This document shows, one piece after another, positions 26,734 through 35,601 of a DNA stretch of 64,000 bases (the stretch's first letter is position 1; every line of letters starts with the position of its first letter). The translations under genes were made by a program, and so were the position numbers. The notes beneath the pieces were generated by a model that ran no database searches, was not told the origin of the DNA, and was given only the letters and a program-made list of their open reading frames with translations. Location: the IMG/VR virus record IMGVR_UViG_3300017917_001910, positions 1 to 64,000 of that record; one strand, given 5' to 3'. This stretch comes from a virus. Lineage: Duplodnaviria; Caudoviricetes.

Positions 26734-27302
26734 TATTTTGTATGTGTTTTTGTATATTTAAAGTCCTCAATATTTTCATACCCGGCTATTTTACCTACGA
26801 TTACTTTTTCATATGGAACACCGCTTATTAATCTTGTGTAATGTATACCATCTGGATTAAGATTTAAAATTTCTTTATTTAAAATTTCAGCAGCATACTT
26901 ATTAGGAATTGGTTTAAATCCTTGTTTAAGTTTAATATGCTCCGTTTTTCCAGATACTTCCGTCCATGCTCTATTTAATTTTAAATCTTCTGCCCATAAA
27001 TCATAAAGTGCTTTCTTACCTTCTTCAGACCCATCACTACCAGCGCCAATTCCTTTTCTTCCTTTAAAATCTTTATATAAAGATATAGCTACTATTTTAC
27101 CATTACGGCGTACTAATTTCCATAGACTAGATGTTTCAATTAATTCTTCTATAGATGAAGCGCCTTTATATCCTCCAATGTCTTCGTATGAAGTTTGGAG
27201 CATGTCCCACACTAACTGACCGTATTTTCTTTTGTCAGCACTATCTGTGATATTAACATATCTTTCTAAAAGTAACTCATTATAAAGCCTTTTTAATTTC
27301 AT
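26733..27302 (-). CDS. Hypothetical protein
   Basis: 189-aa ORF coupled to the esterase gene. Confidence 0.7.
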   Translation of the reverse strand: MKLKRLYNELLLERYVNITDSADKRKYGQLVWDMLQTSYEDIGGYKGASSIEELIETSSLWKLVRRNGKIVAISLYKDFKGRKGIGAGSDGSEEGKKALYDLWAEDLKLNRAWTEVSGKTEHIKLKQGFKPIPNKYAAEILNKEILNLNPDGIHYTRLISGVPYEKVIVGKIAGYENIEDFKYTKTHTK

Positions 27303-27571
27303 TTTATTATTTCATTATATGATGTCCATCGAAATTGCTCTTCGGTATCATCAGGTAATGGAGGTACTGGCATTGCCAACATTATCTCATTATCAACACT
27401 TCTACCGATTGCAATAAATCCATAACCTTCGCATATCTCTGGTACATACGTATCCGGTTGTAAAGAATCTGCTTTTTCTAAGATATCAAAATCCCATTCG
27501 ATACCATTGGGGTCATTATTTTCAACCCATTGTTTACTGTAATTTGCCATAACTTGTTTTTTTGTTAACAA
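27299..27571 (-). CDS. Hypothetical protein
   Basis: 90-aa ORF overlapping both neighbours. Confidence 0.6.
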   Translation of the reverse strand: MLTKKQVMANYSKQWVENNDPNGIEWDFDILEKADSLQPDTYVPEICEGYGFIAIGRSVDNEIMLAMPVPPLPDDTEEQFRWTSYNEIIK

Positions 27572-28089
27572 CCGTAATGTTGTTCATGATTAATTGTTTG
27601 ATTTGTATTATTTATTTTAATGTTATCCTCATAATAGATTGAACTATTCTTATTATTCTCAAAACACTCTACTTTAACAACTTTAACTCTGCCACCTTCT
27701 GTTTTAGAAAATACATCATTAAACTTATCAAATACGAGCTTAGCTGCACTTTCTGCTCCAATTCTATCTAAGAATACTGGTTTAGCTAATCCCATTTGAC
27801 CCATTTGTTCAAATATGTCATAGTAAGGATCATCCTTTTCAATTAGCATAGTATGGTCAAACATATCGTTCATCCAATCTTTTAATCCGTTACGGCTAAA
27901 GATACCATAATCTACAATCCAATTCATTTCATCTAATTGTTCTTCATCTACACCATCTACAGATTCAAACCATACTTTAAATTCTAACGCATATCCATGT
28001 AAGAGTTGGCAATGAGAATGTTTTGCTTTCCATTGTCTAATCGCGACACTATAATTATCAAAGCGCTTTGTTGATTGATATTTTCTCAT
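27565..28089 (-). CDS. queD: 6-carboxytetrahydropterin synthase (probable start MRKYQSTK at 28089)
   Basis: SHCQLLHGY, NWIVDYG, FDHT, AESAA, V.CFEN.KN. Confidence 0.9.
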   Translation of the reverse strand: MRKYQSTKRFDNYSVAIRQWKAKHSHCQLLHGYALEFKVWFESVDGVDEEQLDEMNWIVDYGIFSRNGLKDWMNDMFDHTMLIEKDDPYYDIFEQMGQMGLAKPVFLDRIGAESAAKLVFDKFNDVFSKTEGGRVKVVKVECFENNKNSSIYYEDNIKINNTNQTINHEQHYGC

Positions 28090-28090
28090 A

Positions 28091-28309
28091 TTAGTTATTA
28101 ATGCTATATTTTTTCTTGTTTTTAATAGTGTTAAAGTATATCTCATCCACTCTATATAAATAGTTTGGGTCATGAATTTTACGTCCTAATAAGTTTTTTG
28201 ATTCTAATTCTTTTTTAGTTTCAAACTTAATAATTTCATTTTCAAAAGATCTAACAGCATTGCTAAAATGATCTACATAACCTCTTTTTTTACCCATAAA
28301 CTTTATCAA
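28091..28309 (-). CDS. Hypothetical protein
   Basis: 72-aa ORF directly after a promoter motif. Confidence 0.45.
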   Translation of the reverse strand: MIKFMGKKRGYVDHFSNAVRSFENEIIKFETKKELESKNLLGRKIHDPNYLYRVDEIYFNTIKNKKKYSINN

Positions 28310-28321
28310 TTTGTAATATAC

Positions 28322-28400
28322 TTAAATATAAGTAATACATTTCATATTTCCTAATGTTTTTTAAAATAAGAGTAAAAGAGCCCGAAGTTTTACGTTCGAG
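28322..28400. repeat. About 80-bp promoter/terminator direct repeat, copy 1 (copy 2 at 29350-29430)
   Basis: TTAAATATAAGTAATACATTTCA.ATTTCCTAAT.TTTTTTAAAATAAGAGTAAAAGAGC.CGAA...TTCGAGC. Confidence 0.85.
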
Positions 28401-28415
28401 CCCATTTTTAAAATA

Positions 28416-28823
28416 TTATTTAAAGTTATTTATAGCAACTGCTAATTTTTTGAATTTTTCACCTATAAGGTTTAAGTCCATTTTATATATTATACGAGAT
28501 AATTCTCGTAAAGCAATGTCAATGCCTCTCCATCTAGCTTGTTGTTCTGGATTTAAATTTGCAAGACCTGACAACTCATACGTGTCAACTTGTGATTCTT
28601 CCATTGTTTCAAATATAGACTCATCATTAGTTTTTACTGCATTTTCTAATGCTTTTATATCTTCTATTGTTTCATCAACAATATAAGGTTCATATAACTT
28701 AAGTTTACTAGCTAAAGTATATATTTTCTTTAGTTTTTGATAATCAATAGTATTAATTTCATTTTCTTTTAATACTTCTTTAATGCTCTCTTTTATAAGA
28801 GATTTTAGTTGTGATATTTTCAT
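28416..28823 (-). CDS. Hypothetical protein with MKISQLKSLIKESIKEVLKE leader
   Basis: 135-aa ORF; first 20 aa identical to the next gene. Confidence 0.7.
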   Translation of the reverse strand: MKISQLKSLIKESIKEVLKENEINTIDYQKLKKIYTLASKLKLYEPYIVDETIEDIKALENAVKTNDESIFETMEESQVDTYELSGLANLNPEQQARWRGIDIALRELSRIIYKMDLNLIGEKFKKLAVAINNFK

Positions 28824-28858
28824 GTTATTGTTATTTTATATATATATGTTATACTTTA
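28762..28858. repeat. 97-bp direct repeat, copy 1 (copy 2 at 29120-29216)
   Basis: Identical sequence covering the upstream region and first 20 codons of two adjacent genes. Confidence 0.9.
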
Positions 28859-29181
28859 AGAGTATCAAAAATATTACCTTCATTTAAATTGCGCCCTGAT
28901 GAATCATAAAAAATGCCTCGGTTACCTGTATCAAAAAATTCTTCTACTGCTTCATCAAATGCATTTTCTAAATTATTATCTTCTAATTTATCTTTCACAT
29001 TTTGAATTAGTTCGATAGCAGAAGCAATCTTCCTTTTATTTAATAATTTAATTAATACATCTAAATTTTCTTCAGAGTTGCGATAATTTTCATTTAATAA
29101 TGAAACAGTTGATATTTGTTTTTCTTTTAATACTTCTTTAATGCTCTCTTTTATAAGAGATTTTAGTTGTGATATTTTCAT
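28849..29181 (-). CDS. Hypothetical protein with MKISQLKSLIKESIKEVLKE leader
   Basis: 110-aa ORF. Confidence 0.7.
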   Translation of the reverse strand: MKISQLKSLIKESIKEVLKEKQISTVSLLNENYRNSEENLDVLIKLLNKRKIASAIELIQNVKDKLEDNNLENAFDEAVEEFFDTGNRGIFYDSSGRNLNEGNIFDTLKV

Positions 29182-29216
29182 GTTATTGTTATTTTATATA
29201 TATATGTTATACTTTA
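29120..29216. repeat. 97-bp direct repeat, copy 2
   Basis: Offset 358 bp from copy 1. Confidence 0.9.
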
Positions 29217-29349
29217 TTTTTTCTTGTCGTAACTGCCGTTTCTAATTTCGACCCATTTATAAAAATATGATCTCCTTTGAATTGTGCTATAGCCTTAGAT
29301 AATCTATAATTTTGACATCTAACTGAATTAAATACTGAATCAGCACTAT

Positions 29350-29430
29350 TTAAATATAAGTAATACATTTCAAATTTCCTAATATTTTTTAAAATAAGAG
29401 TAAAAGAGCTCGAAATTTTTATATTCGAGC
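29350..29430. repeat. About 80-bp promoter/terminator direct repeat, copy 2
   Basis: Near-identical to 28322-28400. Confidence 0.85.
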
Positions 29431-29450
29431 ACTTTAAAGTTGTACATTAT

Positions 29451-30548
29451 TTATACCTTTTCTTTAATATAAATACCCCCTTGAGAGATTTTAGAAAATT
29501 CAAATTCTGTGGTAATTTTTGGCCCATCCGGCCTAAATACTATAAATGGAATTTCATTCCCTACAATTGAATTTACAGCTTCTTGCATATCCATTTCAAA
29601 CTCTTTAGGGTTTCTTACGTATTTTAATCTTTTTAATTCGATAGTTAAACTTTCAGAAATACCGCGTTGTTTTAAATTTAAAGTAACGCTTTTCTTTAAG
29701 TTAGCAGGTACTTCGTCTACTGTATATGATATTGGTTCTATATTTGGCCCTCTGAAAGTTACGTATGTATATCCTGTCGCACTTGATTGAGATGCTGTAT
29801 TAAAATCAACATAAAGTTGTTTTAATTTTTTAATATCATCTTTATTTAATTCTCCTTTTGATATCATATCAATACGAGAATAAATATCCATTATTAATTT
29901 TTTTAAACTTTCACTAGGTCTTAAGTATTGAAGTGCTGTATATCCAGACTGTGATGCATCAGCATTTGTTGCTACTAAATTATTAACAACATCTAATGTT
30001 TTAATAATTTCCTTCCAAAATTCAAATCTTGTAACTTTGCCTTTAGTCCCTAAACGAATCGGATCTGATTTTGCTCTTCTATAGTCTTTTATTTCATATT
30101 TTTTATTTCCTATAGATAAGTCAAATGATTCTCCGCCGCCTGATACTTTTGAATTTCTTAATAACACTGCTAAAAATAACTCCGCCTTTCCAATTCCTTT
30201 TGGTTCTAACTCATACAATCTAGAACCGAATCCTGAAGAATAATCTTCTGCATTAATATCTGCAACAGATTTTTTAGAATATAAAAGATTTACGAATTCA
30301 TCTTGTTCTTTAGGTTTTAAAGAATTTAAAAAATTAGACATCGCAACTGAAGAAGCCCCTCCGGGTAAATTATTTATGAATGTTTTAAAATCAAGTTCTT
30401 TGCCGGCTTTAATAATCTTTTGTTGTAAAGATTTTGGAATGATTAATGATGTATCTTCTTTTTTAGATTTAAGAGCATCATTAATCATGCCATGAACATC
30501 TTCTTTAGTAAGCTGTATACGTTCTAATATTTTACTTATCATACTCAT
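29451..30548 (-). CDS. Hypothetical protein, possible PD-(D/E)XK nuclease fold
   Basis: GIGKAELFL...GG.SFDL...KYEIK; late-type motif upstream. Confidence 0.6.
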   Translation of the reverse strand: MSMISKILERIQLTKEDVHGMINDALKSKKEDTSLIIPKSLQQKIIKAGKELDFKTFINNLPGGASSVAMSNFLNSLKPKEQDEFVNLLYSKKSVADINAEDYSSGFGSRLYELEPKGIGKAELFLAVLLRNSKVSGGGESFDLSIGNKKYEIKDYRRAKSDPIRLGTKGKVTRFEFWKEIIKTLDVVNNLVATNADASQSGYTALQYLRPSESLKKLIMDIYSRIDMISKGELNKDDIKKLKQLYVDFNTASQSSATGYTYVTFRGPNIEPISYTVDEVPANLKKSVTLNLKQRGISESLTIELKRLKYVRNPKEFEMDMQEAVNSIVGNEIPFIVFRPDGPKITTEFEFSKISQGGIYIKEKV

Positions 30549-30577
30549 ATTATATAATATAAATATCAGAGATTAAA

Positions 30578-31003
30578 CTATTTCCCGCTACTTCCAAACC
30601 CACCCTCGCCTCTTACTGTTTCTGTTAAATTATCTAACTCCACAAATTCTACTTCTGGGTATGGCATTATGATGATTTGTCCAACACGGTCTCCTACTTC
30701 ATAACGCTTAGAAGGTATTCCTCCATTCTTATTAAACGTAAATTGTATTTCTCCTCTGTAACCGCTATCAATTACTCCGACACAATTTGATAATGAAATT
30801 TCATAATTACGAATAGAACTTCTTGGAAATAATAATCCAACATATCCTAATGGAATTTCCATTGCTAGACCTGTTCTATAGGTAACTTGAAAGCTTTCAT
30901 CGTTAATAACTTCTACTGCAGTTAAATCTAATCCTGCATCTCCCGGTTTTGAATACTTTGGTATTACTGCATCCGGATGTAACTTTTTAATTCCTACTTT
31001 CAT
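30578..31003 (-). CDS. dut: dUTPase (trimeric)
   Basis: AGLDL, PRSS, GVIDSGYRGE, RVGQ, RGEGGFGSSG. Confidence 0.97.
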   Translation of the reverse strand: MKVGIKKLHPDAVIPKYSKPGDAGLDLTAVEVINDESFQVTYRTGLAMEIPLGYVGLLFPRSSIRNYEISLSNCVGVIDSGYRGEIQFTFNKNGGIPSKRYEVGDRVGQIIIMPYPEVEFVELDNLTETVRGEGGFGSSGK

Positions 31004-31012
31004 TTTTTATTT

Positions 31013-32869
31013 TTATTTTACTTCACAACCTGCTGCGCCACAAGCAATTTCTCCGGCAAGATTAGTATCATCTACTAATTCTACTACTTGAGTCAAATCA
31101 ACATTAACTAATGATTCCATCAATTCATTATATCTTTCTTCTGTAATATCTTCAAATGGAGCTTGAATATATGTATGGTCTGCATAAGGAAGAACTGATA
31201 ATCCGTTATAACAATTTTTATTCTCCCACATCCATTCTCCAACGCTTTCCCATTCATTATCTTTAATAGATACTGTAGCAGATATATTATGAGTATTTTG
31301 TCCTGTTCTGTGACCTGGCTTAATCCAATTAGTATAGAACCATTTAACACGACTTAATAAATCTAATGCTGATTCTGTCCTTAAAATAGAACCTTCTGGA
31401 GCTTTTTGTGGTACTGAAATAACTGCAGTATCATGAGGTCTAAAATATTCATCTTCAATAAGCTCCGGATGATTTATTAATAAATGAGTATATAATGATT
31501 CATTTTTTCCAATACGCATTCTTCTAATATAATAATCATTGTGCCAAGCGTGAATACCACTTGATGTTCCTAATACTAATGAAGATGTTCCGCTAGGTTT
31601 AATTGTAGTTGTTCTAGCAGCTTTATTAATACCAATAAGATTGGCTACTCTTTCGTTTTCTTCTTTTACGATTTCAGCAGCTTCATTCATATCATATTGT
31701 TGAGCTTTACCAGAACCTACTCCTGTAATACCAACTCCAATTAAAGCTTCTTTTTCTGTCGTTCTTTGCCAAATTGGTCTTAAGTAATGAAAATCTGTAT
31801 ATCCTGCTTGAAGTGTTCCTATAAATGCTGCGACCTTAACTCTATTATTTAAATCTTCTTGTGATTCAATATTACTTACATTTACTTCACATAGGTTACA
31901 AAACTGAAATGGACGTAGTGCAATTTCACAACAAGGATTAGTTCCCCAATCTTTATCATTGTTTAAATAAATTCCAGGTTCTCCTGCTCCAGAAGCTTTA
32001 ATCTTGTCCCATATTGACATAAAGAATTCTTTAGTAACTCGATTACGTAATAATACTGCTGAGTTATTTGCTCTTCCTCTTTGTGGATTTAGTTCCCACC
32101 AATTACCTGTTTTAGATGAAATCATATCATCATCATCTGCGCTAAATAATGAAATTAAAGCAGCTCTTCTAATACCACCTGCTAATACTGCGTCTGCAAT
32201 ATGGCATACAATATCATGCGTTTCTATAGGAGTTAACTTTTCTCCGTCAGATTTAGTATCTAAAATACCTTGAATCTTAACAATACATTCTTTTAATGGT
32301 TGAGGACCTGGAGCCTTACCACCAGAAGTTACAAGTAATGCTCCTTTTGGTCTAATATCAGAAAAATCAAATAAAATACTTGAACCGCCTTCAAAATAAG
32401 ACTTCATTAGTACTTTAATTGCATCTGCCCATCCTTCAATAGAATCACCAATTAAAAATCTTCTATGTTTTACAGGATTTGGTTTTCTTATTTCCGGTAA
32501 TTTTTCTACGTGATGTTTTTGAACTGAATATCCGACTCCTGTGCCGCCTAATAATAAGAACATTGTTTCGCCAAACGCTCTGTAATCATCTATTGGAAGA
32601 TAAGCACAGTTATAAACTCTGTTTGGAGAAAGCTCAATTGATTTACCTCCGAATTGTAAACTTCTCATTGAAGGAAGTACTTTTCTGTCATAAACCAATT
32701 GATATGCATTTTCTATTTCAGCTTCCATATGCGGATACTTTCTAATATGCATTTCTTTGTTTCTTGTTACAATTTGCCACCAATCTTCTCGGCGACTTAA
32801 CTCACTTTTATATTTTGCATACTTACTGTATACAGTAATATCGGAGAGTATCTTGTTTGAAATTTCCAT
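31013..32869 (-). CDS. nrdJ: Class II (B12-dependent) ribonucleotide reductase
   Basis: NCAY, GGIRRAA, TNPCCEI, CNLCE, TIKPSGT, C-terminal ACGAAGCEV. Confidence 0.93.
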   Translation of the reverse strand: MEISNKILSDITVYSKYAKYKSELSRREDWWQIVTRNKEMHIRKYPHMEAEIENAYQLVYDRKVLPSMRSLQFGGKSIELSPNRVYNCAYLPIDDYRAFGETMFLLLGGTGVGYSVQKHHVEKLPEIRKPNPVKHRRFLIGDSIEGWADAIKVLMKSYFEGGSSILFDFSDIRPKGALLVTSGGKAPGPQPLKECIVKIQGILDTKSDGEKLTPIETHDIVCHIADAVLAGGIRRAALISLFSADDDDMISSKTGNWWELNPQRGRANNSAVLLRNRVTKEFFMSIWDKIKASGAGEPGIYLNNDKDWGTNPCCEIALRPFQFCNLCEVNVSNIESQEDLNNRVKVAAFIGTLQAGYTDFHYLRPIWQRTTEKEALIGVGITGVGSGKAQQYDMNEAAEIVKEENERVANLIGINKAARTTTIKPSGTSSLVLGTSSGIHAWHNDYYIRRMRIGKNESLYTHLLINHPELIEDEYFRPHDTAVISVPQKAPEGSILRTESALDLLSRVKWFYTNWIKPGHRTGQNTHNISATVSIKDNEWESVGEWMWENKNCYNGLSVLPYADHTYIQAPFEDITEERYNELMESLVNVDLTQVVELVDDTNLAGEIACGAAGCEVK

Positions 32870-32878
32870 TGTTGTTTG

Positions 32879-33022
32879 TTAATTAAATTGTTTGTATTTT
32901 ATTAAATTGATTAGTTCTTGTATAGAATTAATTTCTTCAACCTCTTCATCTTTTATTTCAATATTATATTTAGATTCAATAAGATTTAATATTTCTATTT
33001 TATAAATTATATTTTCTTCCAT
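32879..33022 (-). CDS. 47-aa protein resembling the C-terminal half of an acyl carrier protein
   Basis: IEILNLIESKYNIEIKDEEVEEINSIQELINLI; no DSL serine. Confidence 0.4.
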   Translation of the reverse strand: MEENIIYKIEILNLIESKYNIEIKDEEVEEINSIQELINLIKYKQFN

Positions 33023-33462
33023 ACATGTAAAATTATATTACCATACTTTTCTTCGAAATGTTGATAGTCTGAAAAATGTTTAGTTAAATAATAATTATAT
33101 AGTTTAGATCTAACATCTCCCTCTGCGCCGTATTCAAATTGTTGAATACTATGTTTATCTACCCAATATCTAATTAACCCAAAAATAGCAGCTAAAATTC
33201 TAGATGAGTATGGAGAATTTAATAATTGAGTTAAGTTTAGATTTTTATATTCATTGTCAGTACTACCAAAGTTTATTGATGGTCGTTTAGGATTAAATAT
33301 AGGTAATATAGTTAAAGTATAATATTGATCTTTATATTTTAAATCAACCCTGAAACGATTAGAAGAATCCCTATCAATTTTATATTCAATATTCTTAGAA
33401 TTTAATTCTTCTGGAGAATATATATCTATAATTTCTTTTAGTATTGGCAATAATTTTATCAT
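33007..33462 (-). CDS. Hypothetical protein
   Basis: 151-aa ORF; MIKLLPILKEI leader and late-type motif. Confidence 0.65.
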   Translation of the reverse strand: MIKLLPILKEIIDIYSPEELNSKNIEYKIDRDSSNRFRVDLKYKDQYYTLTILPIFNPKRPSINFGSTDNEYKNLNLTQLLNSPYSSRILAAIFGLIRYWVDKHSIQQFEYGAEGDVRSKLYNYYLTKHFSDYQHFEEKYGNIILHVWKKI

Positions 33463-33500
33463 ATTATTTGGGTATTAATAAATATTGTTTAAGCCACATT

Positions 33501-34667
33501 TTATCCTAAAGAATTTCCTAAAAGTTCTGAATATTTTGTAGCTAAAGATTTTCGTGTTACTGAATCTTCATCCATCTCTGTTTTTGTTTCTCTTCCTTTA
33601 ACAGATGATTCTTGATACATATCAATTCTACCATTTGACATATTAAGTTTAGTTGGTAATGTTAATCCATCTGGCCCGAAACGATTCTTAATAAAATGCA
33701 CTCTTCCTGTACCTGCAATCTTATCTGTTGTTTTTCTTGCTAATGAAATAATAACATCTCCAATCATAATCTTACTAAATGAAGAAGCTACTTGATCTGA
33801 TGTAATAATATCAGATTCTACAGAAGATCTATTTGCTTGAGATGCCGTAACAACTGGTATTTGATATTCTCCGGCTAATCCTCTTAAATCTTCATATGTA
33901 GTTTCTAATTCTTCATGAAGTTTTTCTTTTGCTTTTGCTGAACGTAATAAATCTGCATAATCTACAATAACAATATCAGGTTTTACTCCTTGCATTATCA
34001 TTTTATCTAAATGAGCTTTTAATGTCGTTACAGATGCTGTTTTTGTCGGAAAGAACTTTAAATATAATTGTCCTTTTAATTTAGATAATTCATGCTCAAC
34101 TTCTTCTAAGTTATATTTTAAATTTGCAGTCGCTATTCCAGTAACTACTGAGTCATATCTTTGAGCTACATAGGGCTCTGATAATTCCATTGTATAATGG
34201 ACTACTGTTTTTCCTTGTCTTAATAAATGAGCTCCTACATTAATCATCGAAGTAGAGTTATGTGATAAAATACCATTACTATAATAACAATTAACTTCGT
34301 CTACTGTAATATCATATAAAGATTCATACTTATCTAAATATTTCAACTCTTTTAGATATGTCGTTCCTAATTCAGTTTCTATAATATCAGAAGGTTTAAT
34401 ATTTAATACTTTAGTCCAGCCATCTTGTGTTTTTAATAAATGATGTGATGAACATTGTAAAGTTTTATTATTTCCGAAATAACATGTTACTTTTTGTTGA
34501 ATTTCTGTTCTAAATAAAGAAGTTATACTTTTATATCCATATGGAGTAAGTACTTTAACATGGATATCAGGTATAACTTCTATATTAGGCGTATTTGGTA
34601 TTTGATATTTATCAAATAATTCTTTAATAGTTATAGTTTCTTGTTTATTTCGTTTAATTAATTTCAT
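33501..34667 (-). CDS. dnaB: Split DnaB-like helicase C-terminal part, preceded by a 137-aa C-intein
   Basis: Intein blocks CSSHHL and LYDITV...YYSNGILSHN/S, then HYTMEL, IVDYADLL, TASQANR, KNRFG. Confidence 0.92.
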   Translation of the reverse strand: MKLIKRNKQETITIKELFDKYQIPNTPNIEVIPDIHVKVLTPYGYKSITSLFRTEIQQKVTCYFGNNKTLQCSSHHLLKTQDGWTKVLNIKPSDIIETELGTTYLKELKYLDKYESLYDITVDEVNCYYSNGILSHNSTSMINVGAHLLRQGKTVVHYTMELSEPYVAQRYDSVVTGIATANLKYNLEEVEHELSKLKGQLYLKFFPTKTASVTTLKAHLDKMIMQGVKPDIVIVDYADLLRSAKAKEKLHEELETTYEDLRGLAGEYQIPVVTASQANRSSVESDIITSDQVASSFSKIMIGDVIISLARKTTDKIAGTGRVHFIKNRFGPDGLTLPTKLNMSNGRIDMYQESSVKGRETKTEMDEDSVTRKSLATKYSELLGNSLG

Positions 34668-35559
34668 ATATAAATTTTATGACTTGATCTAATATAATAT
34701 CTTTTTTGGATTTCCAATCCGATTCCCATATAATAAAAATGGAATAATTAAGTGCTTCTAGGTCTTTGCATCGAGAAGCATCTTTATTCCATTGGTCATC
34801 AACAAGATACATTCCTCCTGGCTTTTTAATATAATCTCCAGACTTATATATTTTTGGATTACAGTGCCAATAATCTCCATTTACTTCAATAATTTTATTA
34901 TCAACTTGAATATCTACAATATATGAAGTATTAGATATCTTTTTATTAAATTTAAACACTTTATCTTTGCAAAGAGATTTAATATTTTCCTGAATTAATC
35001 TTTCTAATTTAGATACACATCCGGTATTATTATGTTGATCACCAAAATTTTTATCTAACCATGCTTCTTTACCAATTAATGCAATTTCATTTAATTTATT
35101 TCTTCTTGTAGCATTACTTTGCTTTATTTTAGCTTCTTTGGTATGTGAATGACCTAAGAACTTTTTTGATTTAGCACTGGCTATTGATTGATATTCTTTT
35201 AATTTATTACTAGCTTCTTCATGAGACAATCCGTTATTTAAATAATAATCAATAGATCTTTTAGAACCTTTTTTACTTTTTAATTTTGAAGCTTCTTGTA
35301 TTTTTAAAATTTCTACGGGGTCTGATATATTACGTTTAGCATAATATTCATCACAGAATTTATTTCTTTCTCTCTGACTAATGGACACTTGCAATTTAGA
35401 TTCTTCTTCAGTATATCCTAAAGCTAGCCAATATTCTATTCTATTATTGTTAATAGGAGGCGTGCCATTAGAATTAAATCTTTTCTTTTGATCTTCCCAT
35501 TTACGAAGACCTTCTACTTCGCCGTACTTTTTAATCCAAGCTTGTTTTACAGATGCCAT
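34654..35559 (-). CDS. Free-standing Vsr-like homing endonuclease between the helicase halves
   Basis: SKLE...VDI...IIEVNGDYWHCNP...KD..R...IWESDW; NUMOD3-like GHSHTKEAKIKQS. Confidence 0.85.
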   Translation of the reverse strand: MASVKQAWIKKYGEVEGLRKWEDQKKRFNSNGTPPINNNRIEYWLALGYTEEESKLQVSISQRERNKFCDEYYAKRNISDPVEILKIQEASKLKSKKGSKRSIDYYLNNGLSHEEASNKLKEYQSIASAKSKKFLGHSHTKEAKIKQSNATRRNKLNEIALIGKEAWLDKNFGDQHNNTGCVSKLERLIQENIKSLCKDKVFKFNKKISNTSYIVDIQVDNKIIEVNGDYWHCNPKIYKSGDYIKKPGGMYLVDDQWNKDASRCKDLEALNYSIFIIWESDWKSKKDIILDQVIKFIYEIN

Positions 35560-35601
35560 ATTCTTTATTATAAATATATAAATAATAAAGTTTTTATATA
35601 T

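Noticed and set aside
31120-31350. Nested minus-strand ORF inside nrdJ
   Set aside because: Alternative frame within a conserved gene, with no supporting signals.
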